Positions 1 to 11,902 of a stretch of 64,000 bases of DNA are shown here, one piece after another (the stretch's first letter is position 1; each line of letters opens with the position of its first letter). The DNA is from Octopus vulgaris (taxonomy: Eukaryota): contig OX597822.1 of NCBI GenBank assembly GCA_951406725.2, positions 21,452,001-21,516,000 of the forward strand, read 5' to 3'. Below the pieces are notes generated by a model that was not told the origin of the DNA, did not search any database, and worked only from the letters and a program-made list of their open reading frames with translations. Position numbers and translations under genes: made by a program.

Positions 1-711
1 ATGATTTTAAAATGATAAGAACAAATTATTTTTTAAGTAATACATATTTTCAATTATTTTTTTATGTATGCATGGGTGTGTTCATTATGTATAGTGTCCT
101 GTACAACAGATAGATAAATGTTCAAAATTTTTTAATGGAAATAGTTATAATGTTAATCATAATTTCTAACATAGACACATGACTGCAACCTTTATGAGTG
201 GAGTGTAGTTAACTACATCTCAGGAATTGGGTTGCTACTAATGTTATTGACCCCTAAAGGATAACAGGCAAAGCTGATCATGGCAGAATTTGATTGAAGA
301 TGCTAAAGGGATGGAACACAATGCTACAGTGTATTACATGACTCTTTATGCTTTTCTTTCTTGCACTGTATTGTGTTTTGCCATTCCTAATTTTAATATT
401 TTACTGTCCATTTGAGCTTTATTTTTTTTATAGCCTGATTCTTAATGGCCATCCTGTGTCTTCTTTACAGTATAAAATGTTTGGCAAACACATAAACAGG
501 TAACATATATGCACAGTAACTAAAATTCCCTTTTTATTCTAAACAGCTACACTAACTCAAACACATATATGACATCAATTACTTTTCCTCAGTCATTAAC
601 TTCTGCTCCATACACTAAGCAACCACAAACACTTGGTAAGCAATCCCCGAGTTCATCTTGGACTACATATTGCCAACACAACACATATATTAATAAAGAA
701 ATCACAATAGA

Positions 712-920
712 TACTCATTTAATGACTGTCTTCCATGCTGGCTTGGATGGACAGTTTGATTTGATCCAGTGAACTGGAGGATTGCATTATACTTCAGTGT
801 CTGCTTTGGCATAATTTCCATGACTGGATGCTCTTCCCAAAGTCAGTCCCTTCGCAGAGTATAGTTGCCCTGGCACTAACACTAGTGTGGTTGCCAAGTA
901 ACTTGCAATACAAAAGAGTG
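712..920 (-). mobile_element. Degenerate RTE 3'-tail element (family C)
   Basis: catttaatgactgtcttccatgctggcttggatgg...ctggatgctcttcc matches the reverse complement of the RTE 3' end seen at 55230-55380. Confidence 0.55.
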
Positions 921-1559
921 CCCTCAACTGAGAGGGAGTATAGTAGAGAGGAGGTGACTTTATGCATAAGTTGAAGTATGATAGAAGGGACAAGAACAGG
1001 CTTTTTGCTGTATTCTGTTTTTTAGTTTCACCAAAAAACAGAATGAGAATCTTTAACTTCTGCTCGTCATGCATAATTTTACTGTAGTGAAGAATTTACA
1101 GGGTGTTGCATTACTCCTGGTCACTGTCCTAGTGTTCTATGTTCTGAAAACTGACAGCTTCATTTAGCTACATCATGCAGTGAGGTAATCACAGGGAACC
1201 CTAGTTCTGCCTCAAGTTTGAAAGTAGACATAGATTTTATATGATGTGCAGCATATTTGTTTCTCAGGAATGTATTCCTTAAGTGGGAAATTCTTTCTTT
1301 ATATGCTAGTCTAGATTGTTTTGGCTCCAAATTGTAGACAAGTTCCAATTACTCTTTTAACATAAAATGGGTGATGAGATTTATACATTACATAAAGCTC
1401 TGTAGACTTCATATACTACTATCTGACTTTGTTAGTTGTACAAGTATTTCACTGAATAGAGGTTGATTATTGCATCCTTCTCTTGGAAATAGATGTGGGT
1501 GTCTGCTTTGAGCCTATGGGATCATGAGGCTGGATCTTATCTACATTTTTAAGGCATTT

Positions 1560-1735
1560 AAGCTGAAAGCACAAGGCCCCATCCCCCAGTGGACAGTGTG
1601 CTGGTCCATCACAGGGTTAACCCCCCCAAGTTCTTCTGGTACTCATTTTCAACTGAATGTGCTGGAGCAACATGAAATGAAGTGCCTTGCTAAAGAATCC
1701 AATGACTGTGAGCCTAGAACTTCAATCACGAAGCA
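1560..1735 (-). mobile_element. Degenerate tRNA-derived SINE (family D-like)
   Basis: ctggagcaacatgaaatgaagtgccttgctaaagaa is the reverse complement of the core of the SINE at 25884-26146. Confidence 0.55.
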
Positions 1736-2135
1736 ATGTGCCTTCACTGGAAATTGATATTGAGTTCATTCATATTCTAATCACCTTGGATACTCTCTTG
1801 GCATTGCTAGATTATAAATGTGTTGTCCACCAAACTACAGATTTAACATTTCAGAATTCAGTGCTCTGGCTGTGATAGATATCAAGATGTGATGTTTGAT
1901 GTTGGTGGTGAATGAAAATGTATTTCTAGGGCTGCTTGACATTGATTGGTTGGCTAATCAGCCATTCACATGAAACTTGTGTGGCTTGGTCATGATGTTT
2001 ACTTGGCTATAACAGTGATCTGGTTTTGAATTTGCTACAAATCCTTTATAACCTTTATTACCAGTGATAATGGTGGACCTACAGTTATTTCTTCCACTTG
2101 ACATTTTGCTTCTTTTGAATACAATGCCACATTTG

Positions 2136-2242
2136 AAATTTCTTTCAACTGTTGTTCTTTATCCACAATGGAAGCTTCATTTCTGAACAAGACATATTTC
2201 TTTCTCACACCACACCTGTTTTTAGAAAGTCTTCATTTTTAT
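2136..2242 (-). repeat. Inverted copy of 3184-3291, flanked by a 26 bp direct repeat (2109-2134 / 2273-2298)
   Basis: Manual alignment gives about 12 differences over 108 columns; cttcttttgaatacaatgccacattt occurs identically on both sides. Confidence 0.85.
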
Positions 2243-5200
2243 ATTCTTCTTTCTTTCATTTTTATACTATTCCTTCTTTTGAATACAATGCCACATTTCC
2301 ATGGTATCTATCTTCTTGTCTTTTCTTGAAATCTCTATTTGCTTCCAGTCTTGCTCTTTGAACAAACAAAGATTTTGTGATTGCAACATGACTGACTACA
2401 TATTAGCTGGAAAATGACTCTGATAATGACGTGTAGAGTATTTATTGATGATAATTAGTGCAACCTTGATTAGGATGAATATCATATTGTGTATGTGTGC
2501 CAAGTTATAATGGCATTACATAAATCTTCTGCTGTTTTTGTTTAGTCCCATTTCAACCCTACCAGAGCAGCCCTCTTATCATCAAAGTTATTCCAGCTAT
2601 GATCATCCTGTTTTATTTCTTCTTTAATATAGGAGTGCATGCATAACTATATTATTCATTAGTCAATGTGTCCATTTATTCCCCAAGGTAGCAGAGTGTG
2701 GTTTAAGGAAGAGTTAGCTGTTATTTCCAGCGGATCAGGAGACCATTTAGGGGCTTTTTTTTTATTAGGTCATAAACCTCTCACATTGACTGTCTGTGAA
2801 ATATATTTTGTTTTTCATTAAAAGGACATTTTTTCTTTCTGCCTTCATTTATAATAGTTATGAATTCATTATTGCAGTCTACTTTGTCCCTTCTAATAAT
2901 AACACCTACCCATTAAGTGACCTGATGTTATGATTACTCTGGAGTGTCTTCATTCATTTGTATTTTCCTTTTTAGAGATATCTGGCAAGGCATTGTAGAA
3001 TTCTTCAATACTTTTGGATAATCCTTTTCTGCTCATATTCTTCAGATTCTTCAAGCTAAAAATTTAGTCATGAGATGTACAGTTTAAATAACATCTATAA
3101 TACCGCAGGTATTTTTAAAAGTAGATGATGCTTAAAACTTGGAACAGAAAAAGATATTGAAAAGTCCTAATGGAAGGAATAAAATAAAAATGAAGACTTG
3201 CTAAAAATAGGTGTGGTGTGAGAAAGGAAATACGTCTTATTCAGGGATGAAGCTTCCGTTGTGGATAATGAACCATAGTTGAAATAAATTTTACATCAGA
3301 ACATGTAGAAGTTACAAAATGCTTAATCAAGAAATCTGATTTTGATTTTGGCTCAATATAGATAGATACAATGTTGAACTTAAGTATCCTAAAGCTGTAT
3401 TAGTAATTGTTAATCTGAAGCTAGCTTCAGGGATTAGGATGTTAATAATGTTATCTTAGAAATAAAACTTGTGGCAGTATATATATATTCAGGAATAGAA
3501 TACTTAATGCAAGCCAATTTTAATTTTCATTCCAGTAGGTTCTGATTTCAAATTCTCCCGATGGTCAACCTTCTGGGGTCAGTAGTTGTATAAAAGCTAG
3601 TAAAACACTGGTGGTGACTTGGTTGAATGTGAAAGAAACTCTAAAAAAAAAAAATGCTTAAAAGATTGTTCTTACAAAAAAGCAGAACAAATTGATATTT
3701 ATTTACACCACTATAAACATTCATCAAACTCAACTATATGGACATACACAGACATTGAATGTATTGAGCATGTATGTGTGTCCTTTATTGTATGTTTAGT
3801 ATATTGTAGATCATTTTATAGTTAGTATAATTTTACATCTATGTATATATGTGCATGTATAGCAGATCAGTAATCCAAAAGTGTAAAGCACTTTCTCACT
3901 ATATCTTTTTCAGATTATTCAGAGATTCAGTTTCAGTTAACAGAGCAGAATAAAGGTGGATTTTTGGCTATATATATATATATCTGTTTGTGAAGTTTTT
4001 GTGTGTGTATTTGTTTATTTCATGTTGTTTTTGTTGTAGTAGTATTTATTAAAAGAAATCAATGAAAGTAGTCTTCTATAGTATAGCAATTATATTGTAT
4101 TACGTGTGATGTTGTCTGTTTTGTTTATATATTCACTGTTTACAATTAAGATATATTATTATTTTTATTTAGTCCTAGGTCAACCCTGATTGTGTAGACT
4201 TATAAATAAAAGTTTTCTATCGATAACCAACCTGTCATATTTTTAGGAATAGTGTATTTACAACTACGTTATTTCAGTGTGCCTTTTGAAGATTTCTGTG
4301 GTGTATATTGAATGATATTTAGCAGTTAATTATAAAGGTTGTGCATTTGTGTAGATGCTTCCTCATTTGCTCAAATGGAAATATTGTGTAACAACCTGAA
4401 GAAAATTAAACTAATTTTAACAATAACAAAATACTATAATATTACCTCTGACAATAAACATTAAACATATTAACAGCTGTTGTTCTTTATTGGATATCAC
4501 CTGTTAATATTTGTAATTATTTGTCACGTTTGTAACTGAATCCAGTATTTATGAACTAATCATGGTAATATAAAACCATGTCCTAACTAAATTACTTTCC
4601 ACATATATTGGTTGTCACTAAATCTTATCCAGAAATTCTAAAAATACTCACAACTTTTATCTCAGAGTGTCACATTGTTGAACATTTGTAATGTATATAA
4701 ATTAAATGTTAGAAGCACAGAACAGTATTTTTTCAATACAGTTTTGAGTAAAGGTTAGTGCTGCTCACTTACTTTTCTCTATCTTTATTCTTATCATAAT
4801 TATCATGTAAATTCCCATATGTTCATAATGGTTTTATTAATGTGTTTTACATTTTAAAACAGAGATTCCACATTTAAATTTATGTCAGTGAAAATATGTT
4901 AGCAGGCTGTGATTGATTTGTCCAAGTGTCCCTTTATTATACACATCTACTGTTGAATACTCAAAATCTACTGATACAACACAAATACCTGTATATTTAC
5001 ACACAACTGCATACTAAAAATACAACTAGACACATGTAATTGTTAAAACCACTGAAACAATATCTAAACGTCCCTCAGTTCATAATCTGTAAAGGAGGAA
5101 AACTCACTGGATAAAGGAATCTAAGAGATACCATTTATGGAAAAAAAAATAAATAAAGGGGGATCATGGTTAATAGATCTTTGACAGGGGGCTGAATTAC

Positions 5201-5284
5201 TACTAAATGTACAACTACATAAATACAGACACACAAGCAGCACATACCATGTGAAACTATCTATACATAATTGACTGATACTGT

Positions 5285-5410
5285 TTTTGCCAACCCTAGA
5301 AATATGAAAGGCAAAGTTGACCTTAGCAGGATTTGAACTCAGAATGTAAAGTGTCAGGAAAATAAAACGTCAATGTATTTTGAACAACACATTAATGATT
5401 CTATCAAATA
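5285..5410 (-). mobile_element. SINE family B fragment
   Basis: tgaaaggcaaagttgaccttagcaggatttgaactcagaatgtaa is the reverse complement of the B-box plus central domain. Confidence 0.65.
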
Positions 5411-5837
5411 ATTTGCAAGTAGAGAGTACTCAATACTTATATAGATTACAGTTATTGATCAATAGTGGTGAAAGTTGAATACTTGTCCATAAGTTAAAAC
5501 TTTACGGTGGCTTTGAGCATCATTCATAAAGGCAATTATTTGTATTACTAATTATTAAGGAATTTTATTGAAAAAAAAACAAAAAAAAAACAATTAGTAA
5601 CTTTGATTTATTAAAATTTTGCTTACTGGGCTCACTTTATATGATATCACCTTTTTATATCAATTTTTCCATACTGGTGTACGATGGATGATCTTGTTGC
5701 CAATCCTTTCAGCTGTGACTCAAAAAATGCAGAGAAAGAATGAACTTGTTCAACAACCCATGCACAAATACATTCACACATATGTGTGTATATACATGTG
5801 TGTGTGTGTATGCACACACACACACATATATATATGC

Positions 5838-5874
<37 letters not shown>

Positions 5875-6037
5875 CACACACACATACACACGAATACACA
5901 CATATACAGATATTTCTACATTTAGCCTGCCATGTATCACTGGCAGGCTAAATGTAGCCTGCCTGTCAAGGACCTTTCTTCAATAAAAAATATATCGCTG
6001 TCCTTTAACCCCAGGTCAGCCCCAAATAAGTAGATCT

Positions 6038-6248
6038 CTTTTACTTGTTTCAGTAATTTGACTGTGGCCATGCTAAAGCACCACCTTTAATCGAGCAAAT
6101 CGACCCCAGGGCTTATTTTTGTGAGCCTAGTAATTATTCTATTGGTTCCCTTTCGCCAAACCACTAAGTTATGGTGACGTAAACACACGATCATCGGTTG
6201 TCAAGCGATGTTGGTGGGGACAAACACAGACACACAAACACACACACA

Positions 6249-6300
<52 letters not shown>

Positions 6301-6426
6301 CGACGGGCTTCTTTCAGTTTTCGTCTACCAAATCCACTCACAAGGCTTTGGTTGGCCCGAGGCTATAGTAGAAGACACTTGCCCAAGGTGCCACACAGTG
6401 GGACTGAACCTGGAACCATGTGGTTG
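6038..6426 (-). mobile_element. tRNA-derived SINE family A with internal (CA/TA)n, 5'-truncated, 8 bp TSD gtagatct
   Basis: Near-identical to 22900-23350 and 50480-50888; gtagatct at 6030-6037 and 6427-6434. Confidence 0.9.
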
Positions 6427-8002
6427 GTAGATCTATGTACAAAAGTTTTCAAACTATAGCCATCCTGTCATATTTTTAGGAATTGTTTTTAGAACAATAG
6501 TATTTTAATGTGTTGATATGCAAAATAGTGTATATTAAAGGAAATTTAGTGGCTAATTGTAACAGGCTGTACTCTAGTGTGGTAGCTTCCCCACTTGCTG
6601 AAATGAAAATATTATGTGTTATTGTACCTAGTAATTACCCCACAGAAAAAAAAGAAAATGAAACCAATTTTGACAATAATAAGATAAATAAACTAATCGT
6701 ACCTCTGACAATAAACATTAAGAATCTTAACAGCTGTTGTGCACTATTGGACACCAGCTGTTAATATTAATAATTATTATGGCCACACATTCTATATTAC
6801 CTGAACCAAACTGACTGTGGACTAGTTATAGTAATATAAAACCATGTGTGAACTCAATCACTAATAGTATATGCTGGTTGTTATCAAATCCTCCCAGTGA
6901 ATTCTAAGGAAACCCATAGCATTTTTCTCAAAGTGCCACATTGTTGAACAATTGTAGTAAATATGAATTCAATGTTAAACAACCAGATCATTTTTTTTAA
7001 ATGCAGTTTCGATTAAAGGCAAGTGCAGCTCTGCTACTTTTCCCCCATTTTCGTTTTTATTATTTTCATTGTATTCATAACTATTATGTAAATTCCAATA
7101 TGTTTTTAATGGTTTTTTACTGTATTTTACATCTTTAGATATTGATGCCACACTTTAATCTCCATCAGAGAAAACATGTCAGTGGAATACGCTTTGTTAT
7201 TCCTTTATTACGTACACGTTCTCCTTAGACATGCTTCTACACATACACTCTTGCACACACACACAAACACAAACAGCTGTACTGATTCACCAATACATAC
7301 ATTACATATATATAAAACTACGCACTCAAACTCATAAACTAATACAACACTTAAGGGCTACTGATATGGTACCTAAATTTCCCTCAGTTCACAATCTAAA
7401 GTTTTACATATGCGACCTGTTAGTAGATATTGAAGTCTTAGACACACCATGTAGGAAAAAAATAGGCTAGTCATGGTTAATACATCATTGTGGTTAGTAT
7501 GATTGCACATATACAAACACACAAGTAGTAGATACATACATGAATGTGTAGCTAACTATACATAACACCAATAAGAAAAACACACGCATACACGCACGTC
7601 ACGCGCGCACACACACACACACACACACATATTTTGCTACATTTAGCCTGCCCTGTAACAATGGTTTTCAACTCTTTCACTTGCAGAATTCCCTTTTTAT
7701 TTAAATAAACTTTTCAATAAAATCCAGGCTTTTGGAAGGTTTGTTTACTCTGCAAATTTTTGACTTCAGCTTACAAATCATCTGTCCTATCTTCATGGAC
7801 TCTCAGGGTTTCATTGATCTCCACGTAGGGTAACACTACTCAATAGTGATGCATACATATTAAAAGATCTTAGAAAATGAATGTCATTCTAATCATATCT
7901 GCATTGTCCAGAAGGATAATTTGAGGAGATTTTATGTAGAGCTGTATAAACTATGTTACATTTCTATTTCTTTGGACACTTCATTATTATCATTATTATT
8001 AT

Positions 8003-9965
8003 ATGTTTGCCTTTTGCTCTGTATTTGTACAAGTTGACTCCAAGTCTCACCCAGAGACCTCAAGAGACAAGTTAGAAGTTTATGTTGGTGTTATGCCTCG
8101 AGTGTCATATATTTGATTTTGCACATAGTATTGTTCTAGAGAATGTTTAAGAAAACAGAAGAAAATTATGAGTTTGTTTTAAAATTTGAGATTACTTAGA
8201 CAGTATTTTACGTTGGATATGGGCAGTTCCAATGAGCACTATCTTTTAAATTTCTGTAATCTTGGGGTTTCCTGGTATCTGAGCTAGGTAGCAATCAGCC
8301 CCTTTTGCTATCATTCCTAGGACACCTATGACAACAGGTATTGTTTTAGTTGTGAGGTTCCACATTTTGCCAATTTCTATTTCCACTTCTTTATACTTGC
8401 TCAGTTTTTGGTAGGTCTTAACAGATACATTTATATCGATTGGGACAGTTATATCAATGAGGATGCATGATTTTTGCTGAAGTCTTTCAATATAATGTCT
8501 GGCCTATTTGCACCTACCTTACTGTCAGTTTGAATGGTGAAATTTCCAAGGTGTGAGATGTGATCATTTTCAAGCACCAGTTTTTTTCCATGGGGCAAAT
8601 CCAAGTTTTCCATGGGGCAAATCCAAGTTTTTGCAGATTACTCAGTGAATATATTGTGCTTCTATGTAGGTGCAGTCTGCACATGGAGACATGATCAATG
8701 GTTTCATTTTGTTGTTGACATACACAACATGTTGGGCAGCTGCTGTTCTTTAATATGCTGGCCTGGTAGTTTCTTATAGGTAGGCATTGATCTTGGGCTG
8801 CTATGATAAACCCTTCTGTTTCTGAGTTTAAGCTGGAAGCCACTAACCATTGATATGTAAGGGCTTTGTCAACATTGGTACTATTAGCTCTCTTTGGGTA
8901 TTTGCCATTGAGAGGTTTTTCTTGCCATTTTTCAGTAAGAATGTCTAAGGCAGCAGTTTTAGCATGGGCTTTCACACTCTTAGTTTTTCTGTGCTTGTTT
9001 CTAGTATGTCTAATTCTGGAATTTGTTGTATTTGGAATTCACTTCGATATTCCTTTGCCTGTTTTGTTACTGAGTATGATGCTTTCTTGTTTTCAAGCTT
9101 TGAGACAAGTTTTAACATCCAGTCATCAGAGTGTTTCGGGTAGGTGTCTAGGCCAATTGTGGCAATACTCATTGTTAAGTTCGATTGTAAAAGTCCATGG
9201 CCTCTCTCTCTTTTCTTGGCAGATAAAGTCATTCTATATATGCCTTAGGGTGGTGCATTCTCTGCATTGTCAAGAATTTTCATATTTTTCTGTCAAGATT
9301 ACATATTTCAGTAATTGAAGTCGTGACTAGTACGGCTAAAGTATTGATTGCTTTGATTCTGTTTCTTGCATTCAGCTCTGTCTTGAGTATTGCTCTCACT
9401 CTGTGATAACATTCTCTTCTGATCCTTTCCCTCATCACTGAATGTTAGATTCCATCCCCTTCAAATATCCCTAGGTATTTGTAGCTCTCTGCTGGTTCTA
9501 ATTCCTTTATGGCATTCTGCTGGTGAAGATTAACATTGGATGTTTCTGTCATTTTGCCTTTGATAAAGGTAGCTTTTGCATATTTATCGAGGTCAAATTG
9601 CATTCTGATGTCATCACTGAATTGTTTAACAATCGCTAGTAAGCCCTTGAGTTGTTGGTCATTTTTTGCAAAGAGCTTTGAATCATCCATGTAAATGAGA
9701 TGATTTATACTTCTATCAAACATTTTATAAATGTATTGTACATCTTTGAGCAATTTTGAGTGAGGTATTAAGGCTAGACAAAAGAAGAGTGATAATAGAG
9801 AGTCACCTTGGAAAATGCCACATGAAATTCTTACATCTCCAGCATTAAGAGATTCATTATCACTGTTCAAAGTCAGTGTGGTTCCCCATGATCTCATACT
9901 TACAGACAAGAAGTTTCGCAGAGTAGGTGCTGTTTGATACATTTCCAGACATTTCTTAATCCAGC
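8003..9965 (-). mobile_element. R4/Dong-clade non-LTR retrotransposon, 5'-truncated and frameshifted (RT, CCHC knuckle, restriction-like endonuclease)
   Basis: GIFQGDSL...INHLIYMDD...YKYLG (ORF 9445-10149); ETEGFIIAAQDQ...CCVCQQQNETIDHV (ORF 8514-8975); RPDII..LIDITVP..KYKEVEIEIGKMW readable at about 8200-8510; (TAA)n on both ends on the element strand. Confidence 0.9.
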
Positions 9966-9991
9966 TATTATCATTATTATTGTTATCATCA

Positions 9992-10049
<58 letters not shown>

Positions 10050-10066
10050 TGTTATTATTATTATTC
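9966..10066. repeat. (ATT/TAA)n microsatellite
   Basis: Direct reading; source of the poly-N run in ORF 9445-10149. Confidence 0.95.
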
Positions 10067-10069
10067 TTA

Positions 10070-10288
10070 AGGCAGCAAGCTGGCAGAATTGTTAGCACAC
10101 TGGGAAAATGCATAATAGCATTTTGAATGTCATTACATTCTGAGTTCAAATTCTGCTGAGGTCAACTTTGCCTTTTACCCTTTCAGAGTCATTGAAATAA
10201 GTACCAGTTAATCACTGGAGTTGATGTAATCAACTAGCCCCTCACCCAAATTTGAGGCTTTGTGCCTTTAGTAGAAGGGATTATTATT
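10070..10288 (+). mobile_element. tRNA-derived SINE family B (MetaSINE-like central domain), (ATT) tail subtype
   Basis: A-box-like tggcagaattgttag, B-box gagttcaaattc, central caactttgccttt..ccctttc..gtc..tgaaataagtaccag, ends gattattatt. Confidence 0.85.
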
Positions 10289-10819
10289 AATATTTCTTCT
10301 TTCAATTTTGTTTCCATTTCTTGCTGAGTATCTTTCCAACACCTGGTACAAGAAACTGACTGCATATATTGACAGGTCATTGAAATAAACACAGCAGATT
10401 GTTCAGTTACAAAATCAATTGAAGTTGACAAAAATCATCATCATCATCACCACCAAAAAGTCATTAGCAAAATTAGAAATATTTTAGATTAAAGGAGCTA
10501 CATTATGTAACTTAGCCTCTTTGCCTTTAGATTATAAGACCTTCCTGAGAGGATATTGTAAGCACCAGTGTAGTATTTGAGTCAAGTTAATTGTGTAACC
10601 TGAAATTTTAAAGAAGCAGGTTAATCAGTTAAACTGATACTAGTACTTGATTAGTGACTTATTTTCTAACCCAGAAGAACTGAGGGCCAAAGTTGTCCTT
10701 GACTAGATTTGAAATCAGGTAATAAAACCCTGGAACAAATCCTACAAGACATTTATTCCTATACTGACCCTGCTAATTTACTGCCCCTCTAATAATTTTT
10801 TTCACATAGTTCCAAAATA

Positions 10820-11159
10820 AATATCAAATGGAAATTGTAGTTGTGATACTGGTGGCACGTACAAAGCACGATCCGAATGTAGCCGATGCCAGCTCTGCCT
10901 TGACTGGCTTGTGTGCCAGTGGCACATAAAAAGTACCAACCGATTGTGGCCGCTGCTAGCCTCCCCTGGCACCTGTGCCGGTGGCACGTAAAAAGCACCC
11001 ACTACACTCACAGAGTGGTTGGCGTTAGGAAAGACATCCAGCTGTAGAAACACTGCCAGATCAGACTGGAGCCTGGTGCAGCCTCCTGGCTTCCCAGACC
11101 CCGGTCGAACCATCCAACCCATGCTAGCACGGAAAACGGACGTTAAACGATGATGATGA
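10820..11159 (+). mobile_element. RTE 3'-tail element (family C) with (GAT)n tail
   Basis: gtgccggtggcacgtaaaaagcaccc units and cggacgttaaacgatgatgatga tail, as in the 3' UTR at 55040-55380. Confidence 0.9.
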
Positions 11160-11682
11160 GTTCCAAGAGCAGCAATTTGTGAGGAGTAAAGTGAGTTATA
11201 TAGGCCCCAGTAAATAATGATAATGTTCAATTAATTTATGCATTATCTATTTTAATATACTTGTATTGATTTAAACTGTAATAAAGGTAGTGAGTTGTAG
11301 AAACTGGGTAAAGTGTTTGCCTGCATTTGGTTTTGTTCTTTTATATACTGTATTTACCAGAATAAAATTTACACATTAAAAAAAAAATTCTTTGTGTATA
11401 AACAAAAGAAAAATGGTCTTGCATCTCATGCAACTCTATTACAGATGGGAGACCTGGCTCCATAGACTAGGGAGCTGGATGAGCATAAGTCTACGATATC
11501 CAATAATTGTTACTAATTAAATAATATTGAAAACATACCAAAACGACACAGTCTGTTAGCATGAATTTATGCAAAATTGCTTAAGGTATGTGAGTAGTTA
11601 TATGGGAAAGGCACATCATCTCATTAAACCTCCTTCCTCAACATACATAACCCACACCTGATATATATATTACATTATTTAA

Positions 11683-11902
11683 CTCTTTCGTTACTGTATT
11701 CATTTTGAGATGCTCTGTGTTTCTTTCAATTATTTTAAATATAACAAAGAATTTAGTAAAATAACTTAGTTACCATTCAGTTAGTGTTAGGAGCATAAAT
11801 TGTGACTAAGGTTTGGTGGAAGATTTTAATTCAAAACTTATGAAAACAAGACATTTATACTACAGAGCCAGAGCTGTTTTGGCTGGGTTGGTAACGAAAG
11901 GG
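11683..11902. mobile_element. piggyBac-type MITE
   Basis: TTAA at 11679-11682 and 11903-11906; terminal inverted repeats ctctttcgttac / gtaacgaaaggg; no ORF. Confidence 0.85.

Larger units (their letters stand above)
4165..7665 (+). repeat. Old tandem duplication (copy 1 ~4165-5945, copy 2 ~5995-7665)
   Basis: Collinear shared blocks: cctgtcatatttttaggaat, cctctgacaataaacattaa, taatataaaaccatgt, cacattgttgaaca, tccctcagttca, tcatggttaata, ctacatttagcctgcc. Confidence 0.85.

Noticed and set aside
1080-1440. Possible decayed CR1/L2 LINE pieces (also about 20650-21600 on minus and an RTE-like piece at about 39570-39900)
   Set aside because: Only scattered residue resemblances; too weak to call without a profile search.
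2976-3108. Exon-like segment with polypyrimidine-AG acceptor and CAG|GT donor
   Set aside because: Stops in all three frames; a non-coding exon cannot be supported without transcript data. The same applies to similar candidates near 11445-11585 and 12666.
4446-4560. Possible coding exon in the duplicated block
   Set aside because: Both copies have stops in the candidate frames on either strand.
8866-9318. Hydrophobic 150 aa ORF resembling a membrane protein
   Set aside because: Antisense shadow of the Dong LINE.
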